Counted from the first letter of the stretch, positions 9,511 to 18,084 are shown. The stretch is 33,658 bases of DNA from Gemmatimonadaceae bacterium (GCA_040902005.1 JBBDYA010000055.1:1-33658), one strand, 5' to 3'. The notes: generated from the letters alone by a model not told the origin. Numbers and translations: made by a program.

Positions 9511-9560
9511 CTTGACGTGGAGGTATGACCATAGTAGTCATGTGGTCATACCTCGTCAAG
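9511..9560. promoter_or_regulatory. Palindromic operator overlapping the tetR promoter
   Basis: Perfect 12-bp inverted repeat GAGGTATGACCA (9520-9531) / TGGTCATACCTC (9543-9554), framed by CTTGAC (9511-9516) / GTCAAG (9555-9560). Minus-strand TTGACG (9559-9554)-N17-TACTAT (9536-9531). Confidence 0.8.
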
Positions 9561-9609
9561 CACGAACCGCCGTTCGCCCCACTCTCACTCTCGCCGGAGC
9601 TGTACGATT

Positions 9610-10215
9610 CTGACGACCACGCCGTCACCGTCACTGTCACCGTCACGCTGGCGCCGCGCGATCGACGCGGTCCTCTGGATCGTCGTCCTCATCGTCGGAG
9701 TGCGATGGGCATGGCCTGACGTGCAGGCAGTCACTGGCGTCGGGGGGACGACCAGCGCCGCACCCGAGGCCCGGTTCATTACGATCGGTGGCGACACCAT
9801 GCGTCTCCATGCGGAGCGCGGGAATGTCGTGCTCCTGTATTTCTGGGCTCCGTGGTGCGTCACGTGCCGGCGCGATCTGCCCGACATCCAGGCCGTGCAT
9901 GCCGCTCGGGCGAGCGTGGGCCTGACGGTCGTCGGGCTGTCGACCGACCGGCGCGTCGCGGCTGTGACGGCGGAGTACGCCCGCTCGCGCGGCGTCACCT
10001 TTCCGGTCGCGATGGCAGTGGACGCCCACACGCGTCCGTACCACCTGGTTGGGATTCCCACCACGGTCCTGATCGATCGGCACGGCCGCGTGCGACAGAT
10101 TCTGCGCGGGCCGGTCGCGCGCGTCGCGCTGATGCGGGCGGTAGACCGGTTGCTGGCAGAGCACGCCGGTGCCGTCGGCGTGGGACGCATGTCGGTCCCG
10201 AACGATTCGGCGTAG
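9610..10215 (+). CDS. TlpA/ResA-like thiol:disulfide oxidoreductase, membrane anchored (start uncertain: CTG 9610 or GTG 9700)
   Basis: VVLLYFWAPWCVTCRRDLP and GIPTTVLIDRHGRVR thioredoxin-fold motifs. The frame is open upstream of GTG 9700 and encodes a TM helix (AIDAVLWIVVLIVGV). Confidence 0.85.
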   Translation: MTTTPSPSLSPSRWRRAIDAVLWIVVLIVGVRWAWPDVQAVTGVGGTTSAAPEARFITIGGDTMRLHAERGNVVLLYFWAPWCVTCRRDLPDIQAVHAARASVGLTVVGLSTDRRVAAVTAEYARSRGVTFPVAMAVDAHTRPYHLVGIPTTVLIDRHGRVRQILRGPVARVALMRAVDRLLAEHAGAVGVGRMSVPNDSA

Positions 10216-10222
10216 GCGCCAG

Positions 10223-11533
10223 GTGTTGCCCAACGCTTCCGACGTCCCGCTCTTCGGTGCCGCCTTCAAGGCGAATCCGTATCCGGTGTACGCGCGTCTG
10301 CGCGCGGACGAGCCGGTGCATGTCGCTCGCTTGCCCAGCGGGCAGCGCGCATGGCTGCTCACGCGCTACGCCGATGCGCTGGCGGCGCTGAAGGACCCGC
10401 GGCTGGTGAAGGACCGGCGGAACATCTCCAGTGTCGGAGGGAAGACACGACAGCCGTGGATGCCAGGGATGCTCCGGCCGCTCATGGAGAACATGCTGGA
10501 TCGGGATCCCCCCGATCATACGCGCCTCCGGATTCTCGTGCACAAGGCCTTTACGCCACATCGGATCGAGCAGCTCCGCGCGCGCATCCAGTCGATCACG
10601 GACGACCTGCTGCACGCAGTGGTCCCGGATGGCCGGATGGACCTGATCCGGGACTTCGCGCTGCCGCTTCCCGCAATCGTGATCGCCGAGATGCTGGGGA
10701 TTCCAGCCTCGGATCGGCACCGCTTTCATCGTTGGTCCGCACGGATCGTGGCCGCCGACCCGTCCGGCTGGCGCATGGTGACGGCGATTCCGAGCGTGCT
10801 TGCGTTCCTCCGCTATCTCCGCCGGCTGGTGCGATCGCGCCGGCGCGCGCCTGGAGACGACCTGGTGAGCGCCCTGGTGGCGGCGGAGGAGCAGGGAGAT
10901 CAGCTCTCCGAGGACGAACTGGTCGCGATGATCTTCCTGCTGCTCGTCGCCGGCCACGAGACCACGGTCAATCTCATCGGGAACGGTGTGTTGGCGCTGC
11001 TGCGGCACCCAGATCAAACGGAAGCGGCTCGTCAGTCTCTTGGCTGGATCCGCCCCGCGATCGAGGAACTGCTGCGCTACTCGGGGCCGCTCGAGATGGC
11101 GACGGAGCGGTATGCCCGCGAGGATATCATGATGCACGGAGTGACGATTCCGCGAGGCGCGCTGGTCTTCGCGGTGCTGGCGTCGGCGAACCGCGATGAA
11201 TCCCAGTTCGAGCAGGCGGCAACGCTGCAACTCGGGCGTGACCCCAATCGCCACCTCGCCTTCGGGCATGGCGCGCACTACTGCCTGGGCGCCACGCTCG
11301 CCAGACTGGAGGGCGCCATCGCGATCGACGCGTTACTGGGCCGGTGTACGGATCTCCGGTTGGCCATCGCGCCCGACTCGCTGCGCTGGCGGCGCGGCCT
11401 TGTGGTGCGCGGCGTGGACCAACTGCCGGTGCAGTGGACGAACGCCCCGACCGCCGCTGAGGGACGCGCTACGGCACCAGCTTCGGCCGCTCCGGCGCCG
11501 CCTTCGCGTCAACGAACGGACGACGCCCCTTGA
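10223..11533 (+). CDS. Cytochrome P450 (CYP107-like bacterial type)
   Basis: NPYPVYARLR; DPPDHTRLR; I-helix AGHETT; EELLR (ExxR); heme ligand FGHGAHYCLG. Start taken at GTG 10223, just after the upstream stop. Confidence 0.95.
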   Translation: MLPNASDVPLFGAAFKANPYPVYARLRADEPVHVARLPSGQRAWLLTRYADALAALKDPRLVKDRRNISSVGGKTRQPWMPGMLRPLMENMLDRDPPDHTRLRILVHKAFTPHRIEQLRARIQSITDDLLHAVVPDGRMDLIRDFALPLPAIVIAEMLGIPASDRHRFHRWSARIVAADPSGWRMVTAIPSVLAFLRYLRRLVRSRRRAPGDDLVSALVAAEEQGDQLSEDELVAMIFLLLVAGHETTVNLIGNGVLALLRHPDQTEAARQSLGWIRPAIEELLRYSGPLEMATERYAREDIMMHGVTIPRGALVFAVLASANRDESQFEQAATLQLGRDPNRHLAFGHGAHYCLGATLARLEGAIAIDALLGRCTDLRLAIAPDSLRWRRGLVVRGVDQLPVQWTNAPTAAEGRATAPASAAPAPPSRQRTDDAP

Positions 11534-11548
11534 GGTCCGCTTCCGCGT

Positions 11549-12136
11549 CTAGTGTCCATGTCCGGCGATCGTGCCTCTGGCCATGGCGAGATGGTGGGGT
11601 CCATGGTGATCCCCAGACGTCATCAAGCCGATGAATCCGAGGCCGCGAATGCGCGCGACCGCGGTTGCGTTCGACGGTTCCGCGGCCACGACAGTCATTC
11701 GCACTCCCGACGCGATGTCGTCGACGCGCACGGTCATCCCGTCCGCCGACATCATGCCGCCGTGCGCCTGCGTCATTCGACGGATGGCCTCAAGGGTCCT
11801 GCCCTGGCCAGTCACCACGAACCGCGCGCCGCCTCCGATGTTCTCCTGGCGCACGACGGACCGCATCGTCACCTCGTCCATGTCGATGAGATGCTGCCGC
11901 AGTTTTTCGAGGTTCACCTTGGTCCAATCCGTGGCGGGGTCCTGCTCGAGGAGTCGAGCGATCTCTCCAATGGCGGCATACGCTGCCTGTCCCGCCGATA
12001 CAGGAACGGTCGCGGCACCGGACGGCGCGGTGGAGTCGGCGGGATGCGTCATCCTCGGGGTATGGGCGTGCTCCTGCGCGATCAGTACATTGGTTGACGC
12101 GATCAGGAACGACATCGCAAGCACGCGGCGCAGCAT
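11549..12136 (-). CDS. Secreted His/Met-rich hypothetical protein (possible metal-binding)
   Basis: GAGG RBS then ATG 12136; signal peptide MLRRVLAMSFLIASTNVLIA; HAH, QHLIDM, HGGMM, HHGPHH and C-terminal HGH. Confidence 0.75.
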   Translation of the reverse strand: MLRRVLAMSFLIASTNVLIAQEHAHTPRMTHPADSTAPSGAATVPVSAGQAAYAAIGEIARLLEQDPATDWTKVNLEKLRQHLIDMDEVTMRSVVRQENIGGGARFVVTGQGRTLEAIRRMTQAHGGMMSADGMTVRVDDIASGVRMTVVAAEPSNATAVARIRGLGFIGLMTSGDHHGPHHLAMARGTIAGHGH

Positions 12137-12189
12137 ATGGAAATTCCTCCGTGAGGTCCTGGGGATGGCGATGACTCGTCGTGCAGGAG

Positions 12190-12232
12190 AGCATACCGGT
12201 TGACGACACCGTTGCACAGGGACTTAAGTCCC
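12190..12232 (-). promoter_or_regulatory. Putative Crp/Fnr-type site with class II promoter geometry for the His-rich gene
   Basis: Perfect palindrome GGGACTTAAGTCCC (12219-12232; 5-4-5 geometry); minus-strand -10 TATGCT at 12195-12190. Confidence 0.55.
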
Positions 12233-12958
12233 CGCGCCCATTCGCCGGCCGCATCGGGATTCTGGACCGCACCGGAAGTCGAGGCGGCGCTGCGCCCCAT
12301 CGCGGAACACGTTGCGCCACCATTGCTCGCCCTGGCGCGCGCCGCGGCGTCGGTCATCCGGCTTTCGACTGGCGAGCGGCTGTTCGCCGCCGGCGACGCC
12401 GTTCCCGGGCTGCATCTCATCGCCGAGGGCGCCATCCGGGTGATACGCACCACCCCCGACCGCGGCGTGGTGATCCATCGCGAGTTGGCAGGCGGTGTAT
12501 TGGGGGAGGTTGCGCTGTTCTCTGACGGCCGATATCCGGGGACCGCGGTCGCGATGGAACCGACGCTCGTGATCCTGCTGTCCGAGACGATGGTCCTCGC
12601 TGCCATTCAGCAGAACCCGGAGCTGTCCGTGCTCCTGCTGCGCCGGCTGGCGTCACGCACGCGGGACGTGATCGGGCGGCTCGACCGCATCGCCAACCTC
12701 ACGGTCATGCGTCGGCTGGCGCTGCACCTCCTCGATCGAGCCGCGTCCGGCCGCGCGGGGGGGGCGACGGTGTCGCTCGGTATGACCCAGGTGCAGCTTG
12801 CCGAAGAGCTGGGCACGGTGAAAGAGATCATCACCCGGGAGTTGCGCGCACTTGGCAAACAGGGGCTCATCGTTCCACAGGGCGCCGGCAGATACGCCAT
12901 CCGCGATCGCGACGGCCTGCATCGACTCGCCGGCCGGGGGCGGCAGCGGTCTCCATGA
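12200..12958 (+). CDS. Crp/Fnr family transcriptional regulator
   Basis: cNMP-like domain (GERLFAAGDAVPGLHLIAEGAIRV...GEVALFSDGRYPGTAVA) and HTH MTQVQLAEELGTVKEIITRELRAL. Exact start uncertain. Confidence 0.92.
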   Translation: MTTPLHRDLSPRAHSPAASGFWTAPEVEAALRPIAEHVAPPLLALARAAASVIRLSTGERLFAAGDAVPGLHLIAEGAIRVIRTTPDRGVVIHRELAGGVLGEVALFSDGRYPGTAVAMEPTLVILLSETMVLAAIQQNPELSVLLLRRLASRTRDVIGRLDRIANLTVMRRLALHLLDRAASGRAGGATVSLGMTQVQLAEELGTVKEIITRELRALGKQGLIVPQGAGRYAIRDRDGLHRLAGRGRQRSP

Positions 12959-13719
12959 TCACCGCTCGGTTCACGCGGAGCACGCTTGCACGGCTCGTCA
13001 TTGCGGCGCTCTGCCTGGATGCGGCAAGCGCGGCAAGCGCGGCGGCACAAGGGGGAAGTGGAATCGCGGGCGTGGTCCGTGACAGCGCCGGACGTCCCAT
13101 CGGAGGAACGGATGTGATGGTTGGGGAGCGCGCGCTGCGCGTCCGATCCGATTCGGCCGGCCGGTTCTGGCTGGGCGGCCTGTCGCCAGGTGTACATATG
13201 GTATACGCGAGGCGGATTGGGTTCCTGCCGGTCGACACCAGCATCCGCCTCGTCGCGGACTCGGTGCACCCCGTGCTGCTGGTGCTCGCCAGGCGCCCCG
13301 TGATTCTCGATACCGTGGTCGTTGCCGAAACCTGCCGGGAGGCGCGGGGAATGCTGGGGTTCCACTGCCGGCAGCGCGCGGGGCAGGGCGTATTTCTGGA
13401 GGTGGACTCGATCGACGCGCTGGACGCCGGCTATCGGGGAACCGGTGACCTGTTCCGGGAACGGAAGGGGTTCCGCATGGAGGTGACCAAATTTGGAGTA
13501 CGGTATCCGGTAAAGCGGGGCGGCTGTCTCAGCACCCTCATCAACGGACGGCCGAACGGCGGGTGGCCGCCGTGGTACCTCAGCGAGATCGTGGCGGTGG
13601 AGATCTACGATGAGCCGTCCAAGGTGCCGAAGCAGTTCGAGCACTGGTCGTGGTCGGGCGCGGAGCCCTGCGCGCTGGTGATATACTGGACGACGATGCG
13701 TGGCCGCCGGCCGCCCTGA
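12955..13719 (+). CDS. Exported protein with carboxypeptidase-regulatory-like domain and degenerate plug-like C-terminus
   Basis: Signal peptide; IAGVVRDSAGRPIGG...SDSAGRFWLGGLSPGVHMVYARRIGF; LDTVVV; EIVAVEIY...CALVIYWT. ATGA overlap with the crp/fnr stop. Confidence 0.8.
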   Translation: MITARFTRSTLARLVIAALCLDAASAASAAAQGGSGIAGVVRDSAGRPIGGTDVMVGERALRVRSDSAGRFWLGGLSPGVHMVYARRIGFLPVDTSIRLVADSVHPVLLVLARRPVILDTVVVAETCREARGMLGFHCRQRAGQGVFLEVDSIDALDAGYRGTGDLFRERKGFRMEVTKFGVRYPVKRGGCLSTLINGRPNGGWPPWYLSEIVAVEIYDEPSKVPKQFEHWSWSGAEPCALVIYWTTMRGRRPP

Positions 13720-13744
13720 TGCTCACCTGAATTGATTGAAATCC

Positions 13745-14920
13745 ATGCGCATGTCCCGACTGTCAATCGCTCTTCTCGCCTTGGCCTCCGCCTCGCCGTT
13801 GGTCGCGCAGTCCGCGCGACAGTCGCAGGACGACGACTACACGCGCTACGAGCTGCTGGCTCCCGGCTCCGGCAAGTTCCGCATCCTGTATGAAGTGACC
13901 GCCACCACGCCGGGGGCGACCGAGTTCTTCAACGCGATCCGGCGCGGCAGCGTCGCCAGCGACGAGCGCGTCACGGACATCATGAGCGGCCGGCCGCTCC
14001 AGTTCGACGTGGTGAACGGGTCCGTCGCGCGCGCCGGCGGCGTGCGCGGCGCCGATTCCACCGGCGAGTACATCCGCGTGAAACTCGCGCGCCCGGTGCC
14101 GCCGAATGGAGAGACACGAATCCTCATCGACAAGACGTACTTCGACACGGCGAGCTATCGCGTGGCCGGCGATACACTCGTCTTCGCGCGCCCGCTGGGC
14201 ATCAAGCGCAACGCGATCGTCCTTCCCGCGGGGTTCGAGCTGATTGCGAGCAACTATCCCGCGCAGGTGCTTCAGGAGACCGACGGGCGGCTCAAGGTGT
14301 CCTTCTGGAACAACACGCCGGCGCAGGCCCCCGTGCAGATCCGCGCGCGTCGCTCCACGTCCGCAGGCGCGGCACCGTCATCGCTTCCCGCGAACCTCAG
14401 GCGGCGTCTCGACGAGCGGGCCCACCAGACGCGCGAGATCGTCTACGAGCTTCAGCAGCCCGAGACGCACTCGTTCGACCTGTACCACGACTACACGGAG
14501 ACGCGTCCCGGCGTAGACCGGTACCTGAATGTCGTCCGCGCCGGGAGCGCGGTGTCGCGGCCGCGCGCGGTGCGGCTCGACACGGGCGAGGAGCTGCGAT
14601 GGGAGGTTCAGCGGACGGACTCGTCGGAGGTCGTCGTGTTTCATTTCTCGCCGCCCGGAGCCGGCGAGAGCGTGCGATTGCGGATGTTCGAGACGTACAC
14701 CGATTCGGCGCGCTACACGCTCGTCGGCGATGAGCTGGTGTGGAATCGCGCGTTCGGCCGTGCATCCAACATCGTGGTGTTGCCGCCGGGCTGGCTGCTC
14801 ACGAACAGCTCGATCCCCGCGACCGTCGGTCAGCAGTCGGACGGCCGGATCAGGCTGGACTTCATCAACGCCCGCCCCGATGAAATCGCCGTCCTGATCA
14901 CGGCCAGACGGCGGCGGTGA
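13745..14920 (+). CDS. Secreted hypothetical protein built from two homologous beta-rich domains
   Basis: Signal peptide MRMSRLSIALLALASASPLVA; internal duplication (YELLAP..FRILYE / YELQQP..FDLYHD; VLPAGF / VLPPGW; DGRLKVSF / DGRIRLDF). Confidence 0.8.
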   Translation: MRMSRLSIALLALASASPLVAQSARQSQDDDYTRYELLAPGSGKFRILYEVTATTPGATEFFNAIRRGSVASDERVTDIMSGRPLQFDVVNGSVARAGGVRGADSTGEYIRVKLARPVPPNGETRILIDKTYFDTASYRVAGDTLVFARPLGIKRNAIVLPAGFELIASNYPAQVLQETDGRLKVSFWNNTPAQAPVQIRARRSTSAGAAPSSLPANLRRRLDERAHQTREIVYELQQPETHSFDLYHDYTETRPGVDRYLNVVRAGSAVSRPRAVRLDTGEELRWEVQRTDSSEVVVFHFSPPGAGESVRLRMFETYTDSARYTLVGDELVWNRAFGRASNIVVLPPGWLLTNSSIPATVGQQSDGRIRLDFINARPDEIAVLITARRRR

Positions 14921-14982
14921 ATCAGAGCAACTCGTTCCCGGTCCGTCCGGCACCGCGAACCGCCCGCTGATCACAGGATAGG

Positions 14983-15091
14983 GGTCCGCATCGCCTGGGG
15001 TGTATATCCTCCGCAACGCATTACGTTGCGAATGAGTTGAGGGACTCAGGCGGACCAGCCACATCGAGCGATCGGTGTGGCTGTTTCCGTT
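14983..15091 (+). ncRNA. Candidate structured sRNA or cis-regulatory leader ending in an intrinsic terminator
   Basis: Consecutive hairpins at 15012-15030 and 15033-15048, then a 12-bp GCGA-tetraloop hairpin at 15056-15083, in a 228-nt intergenic gap. No family recognised. Confidence 0.4.
15056..15091 (+). terminator. Rho-independent terminator-like hairpin
   Basis: CAGCCACATCGA-GCGA-TCGGTGTGGCTG followed by TTTCCGTT. Confidence 0.6.
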
Positions 15092-15148
15092 CCGGGTGCC
15101 GGAAATGCCAGGACTGGCACGACGGCCGGGGCAGGTTATCTCTTGGCC

Positions 15149-16237
15149 ATGTCCTTCCCCTTGTTCGCGGTCGTTACCCTCATCGCCTTCGCGCAGGCGC
15201 AGAGCGCCCGGCTGTCCGGCGTTGCCAACCCCAGGACCACGTCGGGCAGCTGGGTGGCGGACCCGGGACGTCACCTGAGCCCCGCGACCGTGGCGGCGAT
15301 CGACTCGACCATCTCCGCGCTGGAGCGCGAGACCACCGCCGAGCTGGCCGTTGTCGTGCTGGATTCCCTGGATGGCCTGGAGCCGGCTGATGCCGCCCAA
15401 CTGCTGCACCGGCGGTGGGGCGTTGGAAAGGCGGCGCGCGACAACGGCATCGTCTTCCTCTGGTCGCCGGCGCTTCGGCGCACGCACGTGAGCGTAGGCT
15501 ATGGCCTGGAGGGGGTGCTCATCGATTCGCGCGTGGGTCGCATCCAGGACCAGTCGGTGCTGCCGGCGTTCCGGCGAGGCGACTTCAATGCAGGGGTGCT
15601 TGCCGGCGTGCAGGCGCTCGCTTCGGCCGCACGCGAGGAGACGTACGCCGGGCCCGAACGTTCGCAGGGATTGCGACCGCGCAGGGACGAAGCGTTACCA
15701 ACCCGCACGGGAGGGGGGGCCGGCGCGGTGGTGGGCGGGATCGCGGGCGTCCTTGGCCTTCTCGGTGGCGGCACGTTTCTGCGAACGCGGTGGCGGCGCT
15801 ATCGCAGAAAGAAGTGCCCGAAGGGGCACGGCCGCATGTGGTTGATCGACGAGCAGTCGGACGACCGCTTCCTGAGCACGGCGGAGAATCTGGAAGAGAG
15901 GCTGGACAGCGTGGACTACGACGTGTGGATGTGCTCCACGTGCGACGAGCGCCTCGTCTTGCCCTACAAGAGGTGGTTCACGAAGTTCAAGCCGTGCCCG
16001 AAGTGCGAACGTCGCACCTGCGAGTCGCGGTCGAAGACGATCAGGGCCGCCACGACGTCGAGCACTGGCCTCAGAAAGGTCACGCGCACGTGCAAGCACT
16101 GCGGCTTCACCGATACGACTGAAGAGATCATTCCGGAGGTTTCGGAATCGAGCAGCAGCTCCGGCGGTTCCGGCGGCGGCGGATCCAGTTTCGGCGGTGG
16201 CTCGTCGGGAGGCGGAGGTGCCGGGCGGGGCTACTGA
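15149..16237 (+). CDS. TPM domain membrane protein with C-terminal zinc-ribbon region and Gly/Ser tail
   Basis: Start ATG 15149; LERETTAELAVVV...WGVGKAARDNGIVFL...VGYGLEGVL (TPM); TM helix; CPKGH, CSTC, CPKC, CKHC; SFGGGSSGGGGAGRGY. Confidence 0.9.
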   Translation: MSFPLFAVVTLIAFAQAQSARLSGVANPRTTSGSWVADPGRHLSPATVAAIDSTISALERETTAELAVVVLDSLDGLEPADAAQLLHRRWGVGKAARDNGIVFLWSPALRRTHVSVGYGLEGVLIDSRVGRIQDQSVLPAFRRGDFNAGVLAGVQALASAAREETYAGPERSQGLRPRRDEALPTRTGGGAGAVVGGIAGVLGLLGGGTFLRTRWRRYRRKKCPKGHGRMWLIDEQSDDRFLSTAENLEERLDSVDYDVWMCSTCDERLVLPYKRWFTKFKPCPKCERRTCESRSKTIRAATTSSTGLRKVTRTCKHCGFTDTTEEIIPEVSESSSSSGGSGGGGSSFGGGSSGGGGAGRGY

Positions 16238-16247
16238 TGCGGCCGTG

Positions 16248-16739
16248 CTATAGTGGAGGCAGCATGACCCACCAATATCCGGATGAGCTGACCTCGCTCA
16301 CTGTCGTGTGGACGAAAACGCCGCGATGGGGACTGCCTTGGGGTGGGACGAGTGTCACGATGTACTCGCCACCATCCAGCGTCGGCGAGGTGAAGGCGCC
16401 CTCGTCGTCGCTCACCACGGAGGCTGCCAGCGGGCCGACGATCGGCTCCGAGCCATCCCGTCCGATCAGCGGATAGACCGACACCACGACATCGGCGAGA
16501 AAGGCCACGGTGTCCGGCGCCATCCCAGAATGTGCGAAGACGAATCCGTGAAACGATCCTGGCGTCGGGTTCGTTTCCGACGGCGGCGTGGGGGTGGTAT
16601 CGTTGCTCTGCCCTTCGGACAGCCCCGCCGTCACCGACGTCTGACCGACTCCGCCAGGGCCACTGGAATCGCACGCTGCCATGGCCAGCATCAGCGCGAG
16701 CCCGGTGGCGATCGTGGGCAGCTTCGTGGTTCTCGACAC
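16248..16739 (-). CDS. Lipoprotein with transthyretin/carboxypeptidase-regulatory-like beta domain
   Basis: GGAG RBS, GTG start, lipobox LAMAAC; VVSDDEGAFTSPTLDGGEYIVTLVPP. Confidence 0.75.
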   Translation of the reverse strand: MSRTTKLPTIATGLALMLAMAACDSSGPGGVGQTSVTAGLSEGQSNDTTPTPPSETNPTPGSFHGFVFAHSGMAPDTVAFLADVVVSVYPLIGRDGSEPIVGPLAASVVSDDEGAFTSPTLDGGEYIVTLVPPQGSPHRGVFVHTTVSEVSSSGYWWVMLPPL

Positions 16740-16767
16740 GGTGAATCTCCTGTCAGGTGGTGCTTTC

Positions 16768-16796
16768 TTCTACCCGCGCAGGTCGCGTGGCGTCAC
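16768..16796 (-). promoter_or_regulatory. Putative ECF promoter copy 1 (lipoprotein gene)
   Basis: Minus strand GTGACG (16796-16791)-N15-GGGTAGAA (16775-16768). Confidence 0.65.
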
Positions 16797-16819
16797 TTGA
16801 CAGCGGCGGCGCGGTGGAT

Positions 16820-16848
16820 GTGACGCGATCCGGGCTCGCCGGGTATAA
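16820..16848 (+). promoter_or_regulatory. Putative ECF promoter copy 2 (CBM48 exported protein / operon)
   Basis: GTGACG (16820-16825)-N15-GGGTATAA (16841-16848). Confidence 0.7.
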
Positions 16849-16889
16849 CCCGTAGGCCCGGTTCCGTCCGCCCACGTCCAGGAGGCGTC

Positions 16890-18062
16890 GTGAGACCCAT
16901 CGTCGTCGCTGCAGGTCTGCTGGCAGGATCGATCGTCGCGCCGGCGGCTGAGGCGCAGATTGTGGGCGCCCTGGATGTATCCGGTTTCTTCCGGCCCGCG
17001 GCCGGGCGGGCTTGGCTGGCGGAGTCCCAGTTCGCGTCGACGCTGCGCTGGGACGGCGCGAGCGCGTTCGCCCATGTCGATGCCGCCTTCAATGGGCAAG
17101 CCGGACTGCGGGCACTGGAGGCGTCCGCGGCGCGTGTGGTGTTCACAGGACTTTCGGTGGGGCGGCTCCGGTTGTCCGTCGAGGGCAGGCTCGCGGGAGA
17201 CCCCACGCCACCTGCCGACGGGTCGTCGGCCGCGGCCGCGATCGCCACGAGGATCGGAGCGGGCGGTCTGTGGCTCGGCGCGTCGACGGGGCGTGGGGGC
17301 GGCGGAGGGCCGACGATCGGCGCGTGGCGGATGATTCGATCGGCCGTGCTGACGCTGACGACGACCAGCCGGTCCGTCGCCGAGTCGCGGTTCGTCTTCT
17401 CGAGCCGGCAGGTGGTCTTCTTCGACACGATCTCCACGGACTCCGTCGTTCGCGTGGAGCGAACTGAGTACGACTCCTCAAGTGCCACGGGCATGCGGCG
17501 ATGGTCCGAGATGGAAGCGCGCATGGATTGGGGAGCGGGGCGCCTCCTGGTCTCCGCAGCGCTTGCGGGCCGCAAGCGAGTGGACTCGACGCATCGCCGC
17601 GTCTGGGGACGGGTCAATGCCACGGTCCAGCTGGAGCCCCGCGTCGCGCTGCTCGCCAGCGCGGGAACGATGTCGATTGCGCCGCCCTCCTCCGGCCAAT
17701 TGGCGGGGTTCGCCTCGGTCGGATTGCGGTTCAGCCGGGGCTACGTTCGCGAGCCGCTGCCGGCGCCGGTGCGTCCGGTCCCGACATCGCTGGCGTTCCA
17801 TCGCGTGGAGCAGGGTCACTACCGCATCACTCTTCGTGTACCTGGTGCGCGCGCTGTTGAGGTGGCGGGCGAGTTCAACGGCTGGACGCCGGTGGTGCTG
17901 GAGGAGACCGCACCCAATCAGTGGGAGGTCACGCTGGCGCTGACGCCGGGCCTCTACCGGATGAACGTGCGGGTGAACGGGGACGCGTGGACCGCGCCCC
18001 CGGGCGTGCCAGCCATGGACGATGAGTTCAACGGTCGCGTGGGCGTCGTCACCGTGCGATGA
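16890..18062 (+). CDS. Exported protein with beta-strand-rich N-terminus and C-terminal CBM48/AMPK-beta-type glycogen-binding domain
   Basis: GGAGG RBS, GTG start, signal peptide; C-terminal VPGARAVEVAGEFNGW...WEVTLALTPGLYRMNVRVNG..W..PPG...DDEFNG. Confidence 0.85.
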   Translation: MRPIVVAAGLLAGSIVAPAAEAQIVGALDVSGFFRPAAGRAWLAESQFASTLRWDGASAFAHVDAAFNGQAGLRALEASAARVVFTGLSVGRLRLSVEGRLAGDPTPPADGSSAAAAIATRIGAGGLWLGASTGRGGGGGPTIGAWRMIRSAVLTLTTTSRSVAESRFVFSSRQVVFFDTISTDSVVRVERTEYDSSSATGMRRWSEMEARMDWGAGRLLVSAALAGRKRVDSTHRRVWGRVNATVQLEPRVALLASAGTMSIAPPSSGQLAGFASVGLRFSRGYVREPLPAPVRPVPTSLAFHRVEQGHYRITLRVPGARAVEVAGEFNGWTPVVLEETAPNQWEVTLALTPGLYRMNVRVNGDAWTAPPGVPAMDDEFNGRVGVVTVR

Positions 18063-18084
18063 GGGACGCGCGCGTATGCGCGAA

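Noticed and set aside
14939..14955. 16/17 match CGGT(C/T)CGTCCGGCACCG with the minus strand at about 31238-31254
   Set aside because: Only two copies of a short GC-rich word; cannot be distinguished from chance without a genome-wide count.
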